Assembly: GCA_964507185.1 (NCBI GenBank)
Contig: CAZDOY010000014.1
Coordinates: 3,298 to 67,297 of the forward strand
Reading direction: 5' to 3'
From: an uncultured Thermoanaerobaculia bacterium
Lineage (GTDB): Bacteria > Acidobacteriota > UBA4820 > DSQY01
DNA: 64,000 nt
Below, in pieces: positions 46,877-56,347 of this stretch. Every line of letters starts with the position of its first letter. Position 1 is the stretch's first letter. The notes beneath the pieces are model-generated. The model saw nothing but the letters and a program-made list of their open reading frames with translations. It was not told the origin of the DNA and did not search any database. Made by a program: the position numbers and the translations under genes.

Positions 46877-46894
46877 TGTCCGGAATTGCGGACA
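46877..46894. promoter_or_regulatory. Perfect palindrome TGTCCG-N6-CGGACA, candidate enhancer (UAS) for paralog 2
   Basis: 84 bp from the -24 box, just past the hflC stop. Confidence 0.65.
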
Positions 46895-46904
46895 CAGGCG
46901 GCCG

Positions 46905-47870
46905 CTAGCGCATGCGCTTCAGGTACCGGTACAGCTCCGAATCCGTGGAGAGGATCATGACGCCCCGGTCGTCCATCGTCGTGCGGTAGGTCTTGAGCGT
47001 TTCCACGAAGCGGTACAGGTCGGGGTCCCGACTGTAGGCCTCTGCGTAGATCTTCGTGGACTGGGCCTCGCCGTCGCCGAGTATCTCCTGCGCTTTCCGG
47101 TAGGCCTCGGACTGGATCCGCTTGGACTCCTCCGTGACCTGCCCGGCAATCTCGGCCTTCTTGCCCTGCCCGAGCGCCCTGTATTTTTCCGCGATCCTCA
47201 GCTGCTGGCTGATCATCCGGTCGTAGACCTTGCGAAGCACCTTCTGGGTGTAGTCGAGGCGCTTGATCTCCAGATCCACGAGGTCTATCCCGAGGTTGAG
47301 CTCCTTAAGGCGCTTCTTTGCCGCCTTCGTGATTTCCGTTGTCAGTTCTTCCCGCAGGCCCCTCACGGGCTCCTGGGCATCCTTGGAGTCCGAGCCGCCC
47401 GACATGCCGCCCTCCGATGCCTCGATGGCCTCCTCCCCCAGGTCCATGTGCCTGTTCGAGGATCGAACGACTTCGAGAAGCGTATGCGCCGATAGAGTGT
47501 CTCTCACGAGTCCGTCGAGAATGTCGTCGAGCCGACCCTGGCCGCCCTCCTGGTTGGTCACTTTCTTGTAAAAAGTCAGGGCGTTCGAAATGCGCCACCT
47601 GGCAAAGGAGTCCACGAAAATGAACTTGGAGTCCTTGGTCGGGATCACCTCGGGATCGCCGTCCCACTCCAATATCCGCTTGTCAAAATAATGGACATCC
47701 TGTACGAGCGGGATCTTCCAGTGCAGACCGGCTTGCGTGACCGGCTGCCCCACAGGGGAGCCGAGCTGGACGACGACCGCCTGCTCGTACTCGGGGACGG
47801 TGAAGAGGAACATCTTGCCCAGGATTATGAGGACGACCAGGAGAACGACGCCCGCGATGACCTTTCTCAT
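46905..47870 (-). CDS. hflC: Protease modulator HflC (SPFH domain)
   Basis: N-terminal TM; GLHWKIPLVQDV..FDKRIL, VDSFARWRI, VYDRMISQ, IYAEAYSRDPDLYRFVETLKTY. Confidence 0.92.
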   Translation of the reverse strand: MRKVIAGVVLLVVLIILGKMFLFTVPEYEQAVVVQLGSPVGQPVTQAGLHWKIPLVQDVHYFDKRILEWDGDPEVIPTKDSKFIFVDSFARWRISNALTFYKKVTNQEGGQGRLDDILDGLVRDTLSAHTLLEVVRSSNRHMDLGEEAIEASEGGMSGGSDSKDAQEPVRGLREELTTEITKAAKKRLKELNLGIDLVDLEIKRLDYTQKVLRKVYDRMISQQLRIAEKYRALGQGKKAEIAGQVTEESKRIQSEAYRKAQEILGDGEAQSTKIYAEAYSRDPDLYRFVETLKTYRTTMDDRGVMILSTDSELYRYLKRMR

Positions 47871-48877
47871 TGGGCACCTCCTTTCTTCCCGGTCGTCCCC
47901 GCCGACCGGAAATCGAGGAGAGGCATCATGTTCTTAAGCGATTCATCCACCACGTAGACCTGACGGAGGCGCGGCAGGACCTGTCGCATGGTCTCCAGGA
48001 AGAGACGGCGGCGTGTCACCTCCGGCGCCTTTCGATACTCCCGAAGGAGCTTCGTAAAGCGCGCCGCGTCACCTTTCGAGCGGTTGATCCTCTCCACCCG
48101 GGTGCCTTCGGCCTCCTTGACGGTCTGTTCGGCCTCGCCCTTGACCCTGTAAATGACCTTGTTGTACTCCTGGTAGGCCTGGTTGATGGCCTGGTCCATT
48201 TCCTGGCGCGCCCGGTTGACCTCGTCGAACGAGTCCTTGACCGGGGCCGGGGGATGGACGTCCTGGAGCTGGACCAGCTTGATATCCACACCGCAGTTAT
48301 ACAGATCGAGCATCTTCTGCATCCTGTCCTTGACGGCCAGTTCGATGGCCTGCCGCTTCAGGCGGATGACCTCGTTGAAGGACTCGTCCCCGACCACGGC
48401 CCGCATGGTGGCTTCGGAAACGTCCCTGATTGTGCCCGGAACGTCCCTGACGGCGAAGAGATACTTTCTGGGATCGCGGATGCGATATTGAACCACCCAC
48501 GTCACCGTGGCGATATTCTGGTCCCCGGTTAGCATGTCCGATTCTTTCGTGTAGTCCTCTTCGGAGTAGTGCGACCGCACTCCGGCTCTATCGGTTCTGA
48601 AGCCGAATTCTTCCTTGAACTGGTAGTCGGTCTTAACCAGGTAGACCTTGTCCACGCCGAATGCGATCTTGAGGTGCGGCCCCGGTTTTGCCGATTTAAT
48701 GTAGCGCCCGAAGCGCAGGACCACCCCCCTCTCGTTGGGCTCCACCTGGTAGTAGGACGTCGCCACCAGGACGATCAGCACGATGAGCGCCAAGCCTCCG
48801 GTTATCGCCCTCGCCGTGCCCTTAGGGGACAGCCCTCGTTTCAGGTTGTCCACCGCGTCTTTGAACCTGTCGTCCAT
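47867..48877 (-). CDS. hflK: Protease modulator HflK (SPFH domain)
   Basis: VVLRFGRY, MLTGDQNIA, VQYRIRDP, VQLQDVHPP, FDEVNRARQ, A.GD..RF, TRRRLFLETM; ATGA overlap with hflC. Confidence 0.92.
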   Translation of the reverse strand: MDDRFKDAVDNLKRGLSPKGTARAITGGLALIVLIVLVATSYYQVEPNERGVVLRFGRYIKSAKPGPHLKIAFGVDKVYLVKTDYQFKEEFGFRTDRAGVRSHYSEEDYTKESDMLTGDQNIATVTWVVQYRIRDPRKYLFAVRDVPGTIRDVSEATMRAVVGDESFNEVIRLKRQAIELAVKDRMQKMLDLYNCGVDIKLVQLQDVHPPAPVKDSFDEVNRARQEMDQAINQAYQEYNKVIYRVKGEAEQTVKEAEGTRVERINRSKGDAARFTKLLREYRKAPEVTRRRLFLETMRQVLPRLRQVYVVDESLKNMMPLLDFRSAGTTGKKGGAQ

Positions 48878-49124
48878 TCTCTCTCCCTCCCCGATGCGTA
48901 CACTGAGCACGAGATCACGTGGCCGCGACTGCGTCCGGCGGTTCCTCCTCGGTCGATCGTCGCGTCGGCCTTACCTGGCGATCCTCCTGTTGCGTCTTTT
49001 CAATGTTACCAGCCGATGCGCATCGGGACAAATGCCCCGACAACCGTCACGACCGCCGCGCCTGTCGTTGAGTCAGGTCCCCGTGACGGCCGTCACGCTT
49101 GCCGCTACGCCTCCCCCGAGGCTA

Positions 49125-49153
49125 TTGCAAAAAAAATTGAAAGGGTGTATCAG
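49125..49153 (+). promoter_or_regulatory. sigma70-type promoter candidate for the RRM gene
   Basis: TTGCAA-N17-TATCAG with an A-tract; implies a leader of about 135 nt. Confidence 0.45.
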
Positions 49154-49294
49154 GTCTTATGGCCCTCGGCTCCAAGAGGTATGACGATCCGTGTTGGCCT
49201 GATACCAGAGGGGCATGGTCGTTTTGCCGGTGGGCGGCCTGCCGTTCCCCACGCCGGCAGATGGGCCGGTTCGGCCGGCCGGAAGGAAGCACGG

Positions 49295-49648
49295 ATGAAG
49301 TTATACGTCGGGAACCTGTCGTACGAGACCAGTGAAGACGACCTGAAAGACCTCTTCGCCGCCTACGGCGAACCAAGTTCGATCAGGATTATCACGGACC
49401 GTGTCACCAGGCGTTCGAAGGGCTTTGGATTCGTCGAGTTTGATGATGACGACCAGGCCCGCGCCGCGATGAGCGCCCTGAACGGCAAGGAAGTCGCCGG
49501 CAGGGCCTTGACGGTCAACGAAGCCCGCCCACAGACGCAGAGTGGTGGACCGGGTGGCGGCCGCGGTCCCGGCCGCGGCGGGCGCGGTCCCGGCCGCGGC
49601 GGTTTCGGTGGCGGCCGCGGATTTGGAGGCGGAGGCGACCGCTACTGA
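49295..49648 (+). CDS. RRM RNA-binding protein with an RGG/Gly-rich tail
   Basis: KLYVGNLSY (RNP2), SKGFGFVEF (RNP1), LTVNEARP; GGGRGPGRGG repeats. Confidence 0.95.
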   Translation: MKLYVGNLSYETSEDDLKDLFAAYGEPSSIRIITDRVTRRSKGFGFVEFDDDDQARAAMSALNGKEVAGRALTVNEARPQTQSGGPGGGRGPGRGGRGPGRGGFGGGRGFGGGGDRY

Positions 49649-49695
49649 AGTTCCTTCGGTTCCGCCCACCGGGGGCGGATTCCCGAACACGAGAG

Positions 49696-49728
49696 AGGGA
49701 GGGGCACCTCTGGGCCCCTCCCTTTTTT
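49696..49728 (+). terminator. Rho-independent terminator
   Basis: AGGGAGGGGC-N8-GCCCCTCCCT followed by TTTTT. Confidence 0.8.
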
Positions 49729-49784
49729 ATTGACCCGGTCCGGAGCGGTCCTCCGTATGTCGTCCCTTTCCGCGACCTCCCTCC

Positions 49785-51599
49785 TCATGCGCCTCCGTTT
49801 TCCTTCGGCTGCGCGTAAAGCTCCTCGATGTCCCGTGCATAGAGTTCGTTGATGACGCGCCTCTTGACCTTCATGGTCGGCGTGAGTTCTCCCGCTTCCT
49901 GCGTGAGTTCCCGGATCAGAATCCTGCAGCGCTTGACCTGCTCGTATCTCGATAACCTGCTGTTGACCCTCTCCAGCACTCCGGCGAACAGGTGCATGAC
50001 CACCGGGTGGTCTCTCAGGACCGCGGGATCCTTCTCGGCCATGCCCTGGCTCTTGGCGTAGTCCAGGACATTTGCCCAGTTGGGAACTATGAGCGCGGCT
50101 ATGTACGGCCGCTTGTCGCCGATGAGGACGGTCTGGCTCACGTACTTGTTCGTTTTGAACGCATTCTCGATGGGTTGAGGCGCCACGTTCTTTCCGCCGG
50201 CCGTGACGATGAGTTCCTTCTTCCTGTCCGTAATGTAGACAAAACCTTCCTCGTCGATCCGAGCGATGTCGCCCGTCGCGAACCAGCCGTCGTCCGACAG
50301 AACCTCTGCGGTTTCTTCGGGCATCTTGTAGTAGCCCTTCATGACGTTCGGCCCGCGGACGAAAAGCTCCCCATCCTCGGCGGTCCTTACTTCCACCTTA
50401 GAAATGACCTTGCCGACGGACCCGTATCGCATTGCGCCGGGTTTGTTCACGGTGACCACGGGCGTCGTCTCGCTCAGGCCGTAACCTTCCAGGATGTTGA
50501 GCCCCGCACCGAAAAAGAAAAGGCCCAGGTCCCTTGCCAGCGGCGCCCCACCCGATACCATGAGACGCAGGCGCCCGCCTGTCTTCTCACGCAGCTTCTT
50601 GTAAACGAGCCTATCGGCGATACCGTGCTTGAATGAGAGCGCCGCTCCAACCCTGCCTTCCTCGAGCGTCGCGTGTGCCCACTCCTGCGCCACCTTCACG
50701 CTCCAGTGGATGAGTTTCTTCTTCAATCCCGAGGCGTGCGCCGCCTGTTCCATGAGACGGGCGTAGACCTTCTCATAGAGGCGCGGGACGGAGACCATGA
50801 GCGTGGGGCGCACTTCCTGGAGGTTCTCTCCCACCTTCTCGACGCTTTCGGCGTAGGCCATGCTGCAGCCCCGCCAGAAGAAGCAGTAGTCCGCCATCCG
50901 CTCCAGGCTGTGGCTGAGGGGCAGAAAGACGAGCACCCGGTCCGAGGGACCCGCATCCACCTCTTCCAACGTGGCCTTGCAGTTCTCGATGAAGTTGGAA
51001 TGCGTGAGCATGACCCCCTTCGGAACACCCGTCGTCCCGGACGTGTATATGATGGTCGCGAGGTCGTCCGGCTTCACCGTGGCAGCCGTCTTCCGGTGAA
51101 TTCCGGGGTTTTCCGCGCTGTAGGCCCTTCCCTTCTCGAGCGTTCCCTCCCACGTGGCGAGGTCTCCCCTGCCTTCCGGCGGCGGGTCCATGATGATGAT
51201 CCGCTTGATGCTAGGCAGGGCGGAACGCTGTGAAAGAAGTTTGTTGGCCTGGTCCTGGTCGGATACGATAGCAATGGCTGCATCGCTGTTGTTTGCGATG
51301 TAGGCGGTCTCTTCCGCGTTCAGGGTCGGATAGATGGGAACCGTCACGGCCGCCGCCGTCAGAATCGCAAAATCCGCCATGGCCCATTCCGGTCTGTCTT
51401 CAGAGAGCAGCACGACTTTCTCACCGGGTTTGATCCCCAGCGCCATCAGGCCGCACGCCAGGGCCTCCACGTTCTCGGCGGCGGACTGTGTCGACCGTTC
51501 CCACCATTGCCCACCCTGTTTCCAGAGAAACATGTCGGGCCTTTTCAGCGTGTCCACGTTATGGAAATAGAGATCACAAAGAGTACGAACCTCTCCCAT
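49785..51599 (-). CDS. Long-chain fatty acid-CoA ligase (AMP-dependent synthetase)
   Basis: TIIYTSGTTGVPKGVML, LPLSHSLER, EGYGLSET, GWFATGDI, ITDRKKELIVTAGGKNVAPQ. Confidence 0.93.
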   Translation of the reverse strand: MGEVRTLCDLYFHNVDTLKRPDMFLWKQGGQWWERSTQSAAENVEALACGLMALGIKPGEKVVLLSEDRPEWAMADFAILTAAAVTVPIYPTLNAEETAYIANNSDAAIAIVSDQDQANKLLSQRSALPSIKRIIIMDPPPEGRGDLATWEGTLEKGRAYSAENPGIHRKTAATVKPDDLATIIYTSGTTGVPKGVMLTHSNFIENCKATLEEVDAGPSDRVLVFLPLSHSLERMADYCFFWRGCSMAYAESVEKVGENLQEVRPTLMVSVPRLYEKVYARLMEQAAHASGLKKKLIHWSVKVAQEWAHATLEEGRVGAALSFKHGIADRLVYKKLREKTGGRLRLMVSGGAPLARDLGLFFFGAGLNILEGYGLSETTPVVTVNKPGAMRYGSVGKVISKVEVRTAEDGELFVRGPNVMKGYYKMPEETAEVLSDDGWFATGDIARIDEEGFVYITDRKKELIVTAGGKNVAPQPIENAFKTNKYVSQTVLIGDKRPYIAALIVPNWANVLDYAKSQGMAEKDPAVLRDHPVVMHLFAGVLERVNSRLSRYEQVKRCRILIRELTQEAGELTPTMKVKRRVINELYARDIEELYAQPKENGGA

Positions 51600-51660
51600 C
51601 TTCCCCTCCTCCGCTCGCAGTGCCTGCCGTCAAATATAATTCTAATGTCCCAGAGTGCAA

Positions 51661-51690
51661 AGAAAAAGGGCGGGGAGACCGTCCCCGCCC
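51661..51690 (-). terminator. Rho-independent terminator after the S46 gene
   Basis: GGGCGGGGA-CGGTC-TCCCCGCCC followed by TTTTTCT on the minus strand. Confidence 0.85.
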
Positions 51691-51737
51691 GATTCAACTG
51701 CAACAAGCCTGCAGCCGGCCGACTGCCGGAGGCTCTG

Positions 51738-53834
51738 CTACCTGGCCGCCGCCGTGAGTTCCCCGGCGACCCGGCTTGCGCCGTACAGCTTGTTCAACGC
51801 TTGGAGAATGGCGGGCGTATCCACCGCCACGCATCGCGCGACCTTTTCTGAGTACACGAAGGTGTTGGGATTGCTCTGTGGGTTTCCGTCGAAAACCAGT
51901 CCCACCAGTTTGCCTTCCCTATCGACGATCGGGCTACCCGAATTGCCGCCCGTGATATCTCCCGTGCACACGAAGTCCATGGGCGTCTTGAGGTCGAGCT
52001 GGTCCCGCCGCAGTTCTTCCATCTTGCTGAGCTGGAAGTCTCCCTTGTTGTCGAAGGAATACGCGCGGTTATAAAGGCCGTAGAAGGTCGTTTTGTACGG
52101 CACTTCACTCGTGTCGAAGGCGTAGCCTTTCACGACGCCGAAGGCCAGCCGGAGCGTACCCGTCGCGTCGGGATACACGTCATCGCCGTACACTGCGAAC
52201 TGCGCATTGGCGATCTGCGTCAAAGCCGGTTGAACAACGGCCTCCACATGGTCTTTCACAGCCCTGTCCACGCGCCTGAGAGTCGGATCCATCAGCCGGA
52301 CAAAAGCGATGAGCGGATCCTTGCACGATTTTACGGCGGAACCCTTGTTCACGAGAAGGGAAGCGCGGTAGGATGCGTCGTCCAGCCGCGTTCCTCCCAT
52401 CACTTCCTCGGCCCGCCGGGCCGGCGTCTTCCCGTCCAGAAGCGCTTTCACAAATGCGTTCCCGGCGCCGAGCTTGTCCCGCAATACCGTCAGGTCGTGG
52501 GCGAGAAGGGCCGCATCCATCCCCTTGTAATAGGGTCGGGCGGCCTTGAGGCGCCGCATGAAACCGGGAATCTGGGCGTCGTGGTAACCATTCAGCCGCT
52601 GTCCGTCGGGCTTGTTCACTTCCTCTGAATACCGGAGGATTCTCAGCGCGACCCCGCTCAGTCCATACGCACCGGGGGCCCTTCCTTCGTAGGTTATCTC
52701 CTTGAAATGATCCCGCTCCCAGGCCACGGATTTCTCGATCTGCTTCCAGGCATTCTCGTAGTGAGCCAGCTTCGGATTCCCGGCGACGGCGGCCCGGAGA
52801 TTCTTCTCCTGCCGTGCTTTTTCCGCCGTCAATGCGGGATCCCTGAGGCCCTCGTACTCCCCGGTGAGAGCCTTTATGCTGTTGTGCACGAAGAAGATGT
52901 AGGATTGCGCCTCCTGGGCTTCTCTTGCCCCCTTGTGGCTATAGGCGGTCAGCACGGAATCCATGCCTTTCAGCCGGTCGAGAAGGGCCGGATAGCTCAC
53001 GTCTCTGAGAAATTCGAGCTGGGCCAGGGTGTCGAGACGATCGGTCCTGCCTGGATGCCCCGAGACGAAAATCGGCATGCCGTCCGTCACGCCGGCCGGA
53101 TCCACCTTCAGGTACTCCGGCGTGTGCGCCGGCTTCCCGTTTTCGTAGACGCGTAGAAAGCTGAAATCAAGGTCGTAACGGGGGTAATAGAAATTATCGG
53201 CGTCGCCGCCAAAGTAGGCCGCCTTTTCTTCGGGCGCCATCACGATGCGGACGTCCGTGTACTCCTTATAGCGGTAGAGCATGTAGCGCGCGCCGCCGTA
53301 AAGCTTGACAACGTCGCCCCGCAGACCGGTTCCTTCCCTGCAGGCCTTCTCGAGCTCGGCGATCTTCGCCTCTCTTGCCTGTTGCGCCTGCGCCGCCGTG
53401 TCTCCGGTCTTTACGGCCGAATCCACGTCGCCGGTGACGTCCTTCATGGATGTGAGTACTTCGATCATGGCACCCGGCACCCTGAGTTCCTGGGCCTCTG
53501 TTTTTGCGTAGAACCCGTCGTCCACGTAGTTGTGCTCGGGGGTGGAAAGCTGCTGGAGATACATGCGTGCCACGTGATGGTTCGTCAGGATCAGGCCTTC
53601 GGGGGATACGAACGACCCACTCCCGCCGCCGATCCTGACGGACGACAGGCGAAGGTGGTCGAGCCATGCCTGCGAAGGCGTAAACCCATAGCGTTTCTGG
53701 ATGAGTTTTGTGGGCGGGTGGCTGTAGGTCCACATGCCCTCGTCGGCGCGCGACGCAGTCGACAGGCCGAACGCGCACGCAGCGGCCACCGCAAGTGCTG
53801 CAAGACTCCTTAGGACATTTCTCTGATGGGTCAT
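51738..53834 (-). CDS. Exported S46 dipeptidyl peptidase, DPP7-like
   Basis: Signal peptide then ADEGMW; LTNHHVA, TGGNSGSP; FDGN (Gly at the position that is Arg in DPP11); GGAGG RBS. Confidence 0.93.
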   Translation of the reverse strand: MTHQRNVLRSLAALAVAAACAFGLSTASRADEGMWTYSHPPTKLIQKRYGFTPSQAWLDHLRLSSVRIGGGSGSFVSPEGLILTNHHVARMYLQQLSTPEHNYVDDGFYAKTEAQELRVPGAMIEVLTSMKDVTGDVDSAVKTGDTAAQAQQAREAKIAELEKACREGTGLRGDVVKLYGGARYMLYRYKEYTDVRIVMAPEEKAAYFGGDADNFYYPRYDLDFSFLRVYENGKPAHTPEYLKVDPAGVTDGMPIFVSGHPGRTDRLDTLAQLEFLRDVSYPALLDRLKGMDSVLTAYSHKGAREAQEAQSYIFFVHNSIKALTGEYEGLRDPALTAEKARQEKNLRAAVAGNPKLAHYENAWKQIEKSVAWERDHFKEITYEGRAPGAYGLSGVALRILRYSEEVNKPDGQRLNGYHDAQIPGFMRRLKAARPYYKGMDAALLAHDLTVLRDKLGAGNAFVKALLDGKTPARRAEEVMGGTRLDDASYRASLLVNKGSAVKSCKDPLIAFVRLMDPTLRRVDRAVKDHVEAVVQPALTQIANAQFAVYGDDVYPDATGTLRLAFGVVKGYAFDTSEVPYKTTFYGLYNRAYSFDNKGDFQLSKMEELRRDQLDLKTPMDFVCTGDITGGNSGSPIVDREGKLVGLVFDGNPQSNPNTFVYSEKVARCVAVDTPAILQALNKLYGASRVAGELTAAAR

Positions 53835-53980
53835 GATTCCTCCTGAATGTATGCTGGACACAAAAAATACGAAGAGAGACATACGCGGGTGACGCGGACT
53901 TTGTTTCAACCGTCTTTCCGATCACCCCGGGGTTTGAGCAAAGGTCATGCTGCCCCATCGTGAATCGACGGACCGGGTGC

Positions 53981-54745
53981 TCAATCCGCCGACCTCGCCA
54001 GGGTTTGCGGGTCCCTGTTCCCCGCGAGAATCAACCGCCAGAGGTCGGCCAGTGTCCCCTGGCCGAAAACGCTCCCGGATTCCGCCGGCCTGGGTTCGTC
54101 CTCCGGCGCGACCCACCACCCTCTGATCCCGAGCTTTGAAGCGTTTTCCATATCCCAGACCCAGTCGTCACCCACCATGAGACATGCCTCCGGAGAGCAC
54201 CCGATGCGATCGAGAATCTCACGGTAGTAGGCCGGATTCTCCTTGGATGCGTGCATGTTCTCGTAGGTCGTGACCAGCGCGTAGGGATGGGCGTCGACAC
54301 CGACACCCGCCCAGTCCAGGCGCTGTTCAATTGCCGTCCTCGGAAACAGCGGATTCGTCGCGACGACCACCTTAAGGCCGCATTCAAAGGCCCAGCGGAC
54401 GAGTTTCGGCGCCTCGGGCACCGCCTGCGTGAACCGGCGCAACCCGGGGAATTCCTCCGAGTAGAACCGCATGAACAGCGGTTCGAGCTCGGCGCGGTCA
54501 ACGCCCACCGCCGGATAGAACGTCGCCGCGAACACCTCCTCGTTCGTGGCGCCGTCTCCGCGATTCGCGGCCATGATTCTGGTTGCGCGCAGAAGCTCCC
54601 TTATGAGTCTTTCGGGCGCGATGCGGTTTCCAAGAAAACGCCCCGCGGCCTCCAGGTAGGCTGGAACGAACTGTTCCATGTCGTTCCGGAGGAGAGTGCC
54701 GTCCAGATCCAGAAGGAGGGCTTTGATCGCTGCCTGCGGTTTCAC
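53981..54745 (-). CDS. HAD-superfamily hydrolase
   Basis: LLLDLDGTLL (motif I), VATNP, SKENP, MVGDD…D. Confidence 0.88.
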   Translation of the reverse strand: MKPQAAIKALLLDLDGTLLRNDMEQFVPAYLEAAGRFLGNRIAPERLIRELLRATRIMAANRGDGATNEEVFAATFYPAVGVDRAELEPLFMRFYSEEFPGLRRFTQAVPEAPKLVRWAFECGLKVVVATNPLFPRTAIEQRLDWAGVGVDAHPYALVTTYENMHASKENPAYYREILDRIGCSPEACLMVGDDWVWDMENASKLGIRGWWVAPEDEPRPAESGSVFGQGTLADLWRLILAGNRDPQTLARSAD

Positions 54746-54866
54746 GCATCCCCCATGGGCTCGCCCCGGACCCTCGCACGGGATGGCGGCCCGGACATCA
54801 GATTATACCCCAGGAAGGCCTCGGGACCTTTGCCGGCACCTCAGAGCCGCCCGTATGTCCCTCCTA

Positions 54867-56174
54867 TCAGCTTTCTTCCGGCGCGTACCAGTCCCTGCGG
54901 GTGAGCGGAAGTCCGCTTCGGCCGTTCTCTCCGGTCTTGATGAGAAGGCTCTGGTAGACGTTCAGCCGCCCACGCGTGAATCCGTAGGCTGATCCGGCCA
55001 TGAAGAGCCGCCAGACGCGGTAGGTCGATTCGTCCACGCATTGGAGCGCCTTTTCCCGTCGACTCTCCAGCCTGCGAACCCACCGGCGGAGGGTCAGCGC
55101 ATAATGTTCGCGGAGGCTCTCCACGTCCCTCACCTCAAAGCCGACCTCCTCGGCGGCGCGAAGCGTGACGTGGATGGGCACCAGTTCGCCGTCCGGGAAC
55201 ACGTAGACGTCGCTGAATGAGGGTCCGCGCGTCGGTTCGTCCGTGGCGCGGCTCGCGATGCCGTGGTTCAGGAAAACCCCGCCGGGATTGAGCAGGCGCA
55301 GTGCCTGGTCGAAGTAAGTCGCCAGCAGCTTCTCACCCACGTGTTCGAACATTCCTATGCTGGCGATGGCGTCGTATCCGCGATCGTCTTCCACCTCGCG
55401 GTAGTCCCTGACCTCGACGCGGCATCGGTCGGAGAGTCCGGCGGCTGCGATTCGCTCGTTCGCCAACTCGGCCTGCGGCTCGCTCAGGGTTATACCGGTC
55501 GCGTCGACGCCGTAGCGCTTCGCCGCATAAATAGCCAGCCCGCCCCATCCGCAGCCCAGGTCCAGAAGTCTTTGGCCCGGGTTGAGGCGAAGTTTGCGGC
55601 ATACCAGGTTCAGTTTGCGCTCCTGGGCCTCGTCCAGCGTCTCCTCCGGCGAATGAAAGTACGCACAGGAATACACCATGTGCCGGTCGAGCCACAGGGC
55701 GTAGAACTCGTTGGAGACGTCGTAATGGTAGCTGATGGCTTGCCGATCGCGTTCCACCGAATGGCGCTTGCCGGAGAGCCTGGCCGGCCCTCGGGCACCA
55801 ACTGGGTGGTCCTTTCCTGCCGGAAGACGCAAGAGGTCCTTCGCCGCGAGCAGCTTGGTGCGCCAGCCGCCCGTCTTTTCGCCCAGAAAGTCCGCAAGCG
55901 CGAACACCGATTCGACGTCGCCTTCGATGTCCACCTCGCCGTACAGGAAGGCCTCGGCCAGCCCCACTTCGCTGCCGGCGAGCAACATGGCCCGAAGCGA
56001 CCCCGGATGCTTCAGGATGATCGTGGTGCGGGAGACCGGATCCTCGGGCCACACGCTCCCGTCCCACAGGCGAAAGCCTGCCCCGATGGCCGGCGCGCCT
56101 CCGAAGAGATCCTGCAGAATCTTCAATGTCAGGCGCCTTGCTTGTCCGGATGAGGAATGAGCCTTTTCCGACAT
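54867..56174 (-). CDS. cfa: Cyclopropane-fatty-acyl-phospholipid synthase family methyltransferase
   Basis: ISYHYDVSNEFY, MVYSCAYF, LLDLGCGWGG, SIGMFEHVG, YVFPDGEL; AAGGAGG RBS. Confidence 0.92.
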   Translation of the reverse strand: MSEKAHSSSGQARRLTLKILQDLFGGAPAIGAGFRLWDGSVWPEDPVSRTTIILKHPGSLRAMLLAGSEVGLAEAFLYGEVDIEGDVESVFALADFLGEKTGGWRTKLLAAKDLLRLPAGKDHPVGARGPARLSGKRHSVERDRQAISYHYDVSNEFYALWLDRHMVYSCAYFHSPEETLDEAQERKLNLVCRKLRLNPGQRLLDLGCGWGGLAIYAAKRYGVDATGITLSEPQAELANERIAAAGLSDRCRVEVRDYREVEDDRGYDAIASIGMFEHVGEKLLATYFDQALRLLNPGGVFLNHGIASRATDEPTRGPSFSDVYVFPDGELVPIHVTLRAAEEVGFEVRDVESLREHYALTLRRWVRRLESRREKALQCVDESTYRVWRLFMAGSAYGFTRGRLNVYQSLLIKTGENGRSGLPLTRRDWYAPEES

Positions 56175-56292
56175 GCCGTCCTCCTTGTGGTGCGGTGCTT
56201 TTCCCTGTTCGAATCCTCCTTCCTTGTCCACATCGATACTAACGTCTCACCCAGAGATTGCAAGTCAGTCAATTGCCCTCAACGCCATGTAC

Positions 56293-56322
56293 AAAAAAAA
56301 GGGCGGCCCGGCCGGCCGCCCT
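56293..56322 (-). terminator. Rho-independent terminator after serC
   Basis: AGGGCGGCC-N5-GGCCGCCC followed by T8 on the minus strand. Confidence 0.85.
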
Positions 56323-56347
56323 CCTTCTCACGACGTTTCACGGCGCT

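Noticed and set aside
49555-49625. Tandem GC-rich repeats
   Set aside because: They encode the RGG tail of the RRM protein, which is ordinary for the family.
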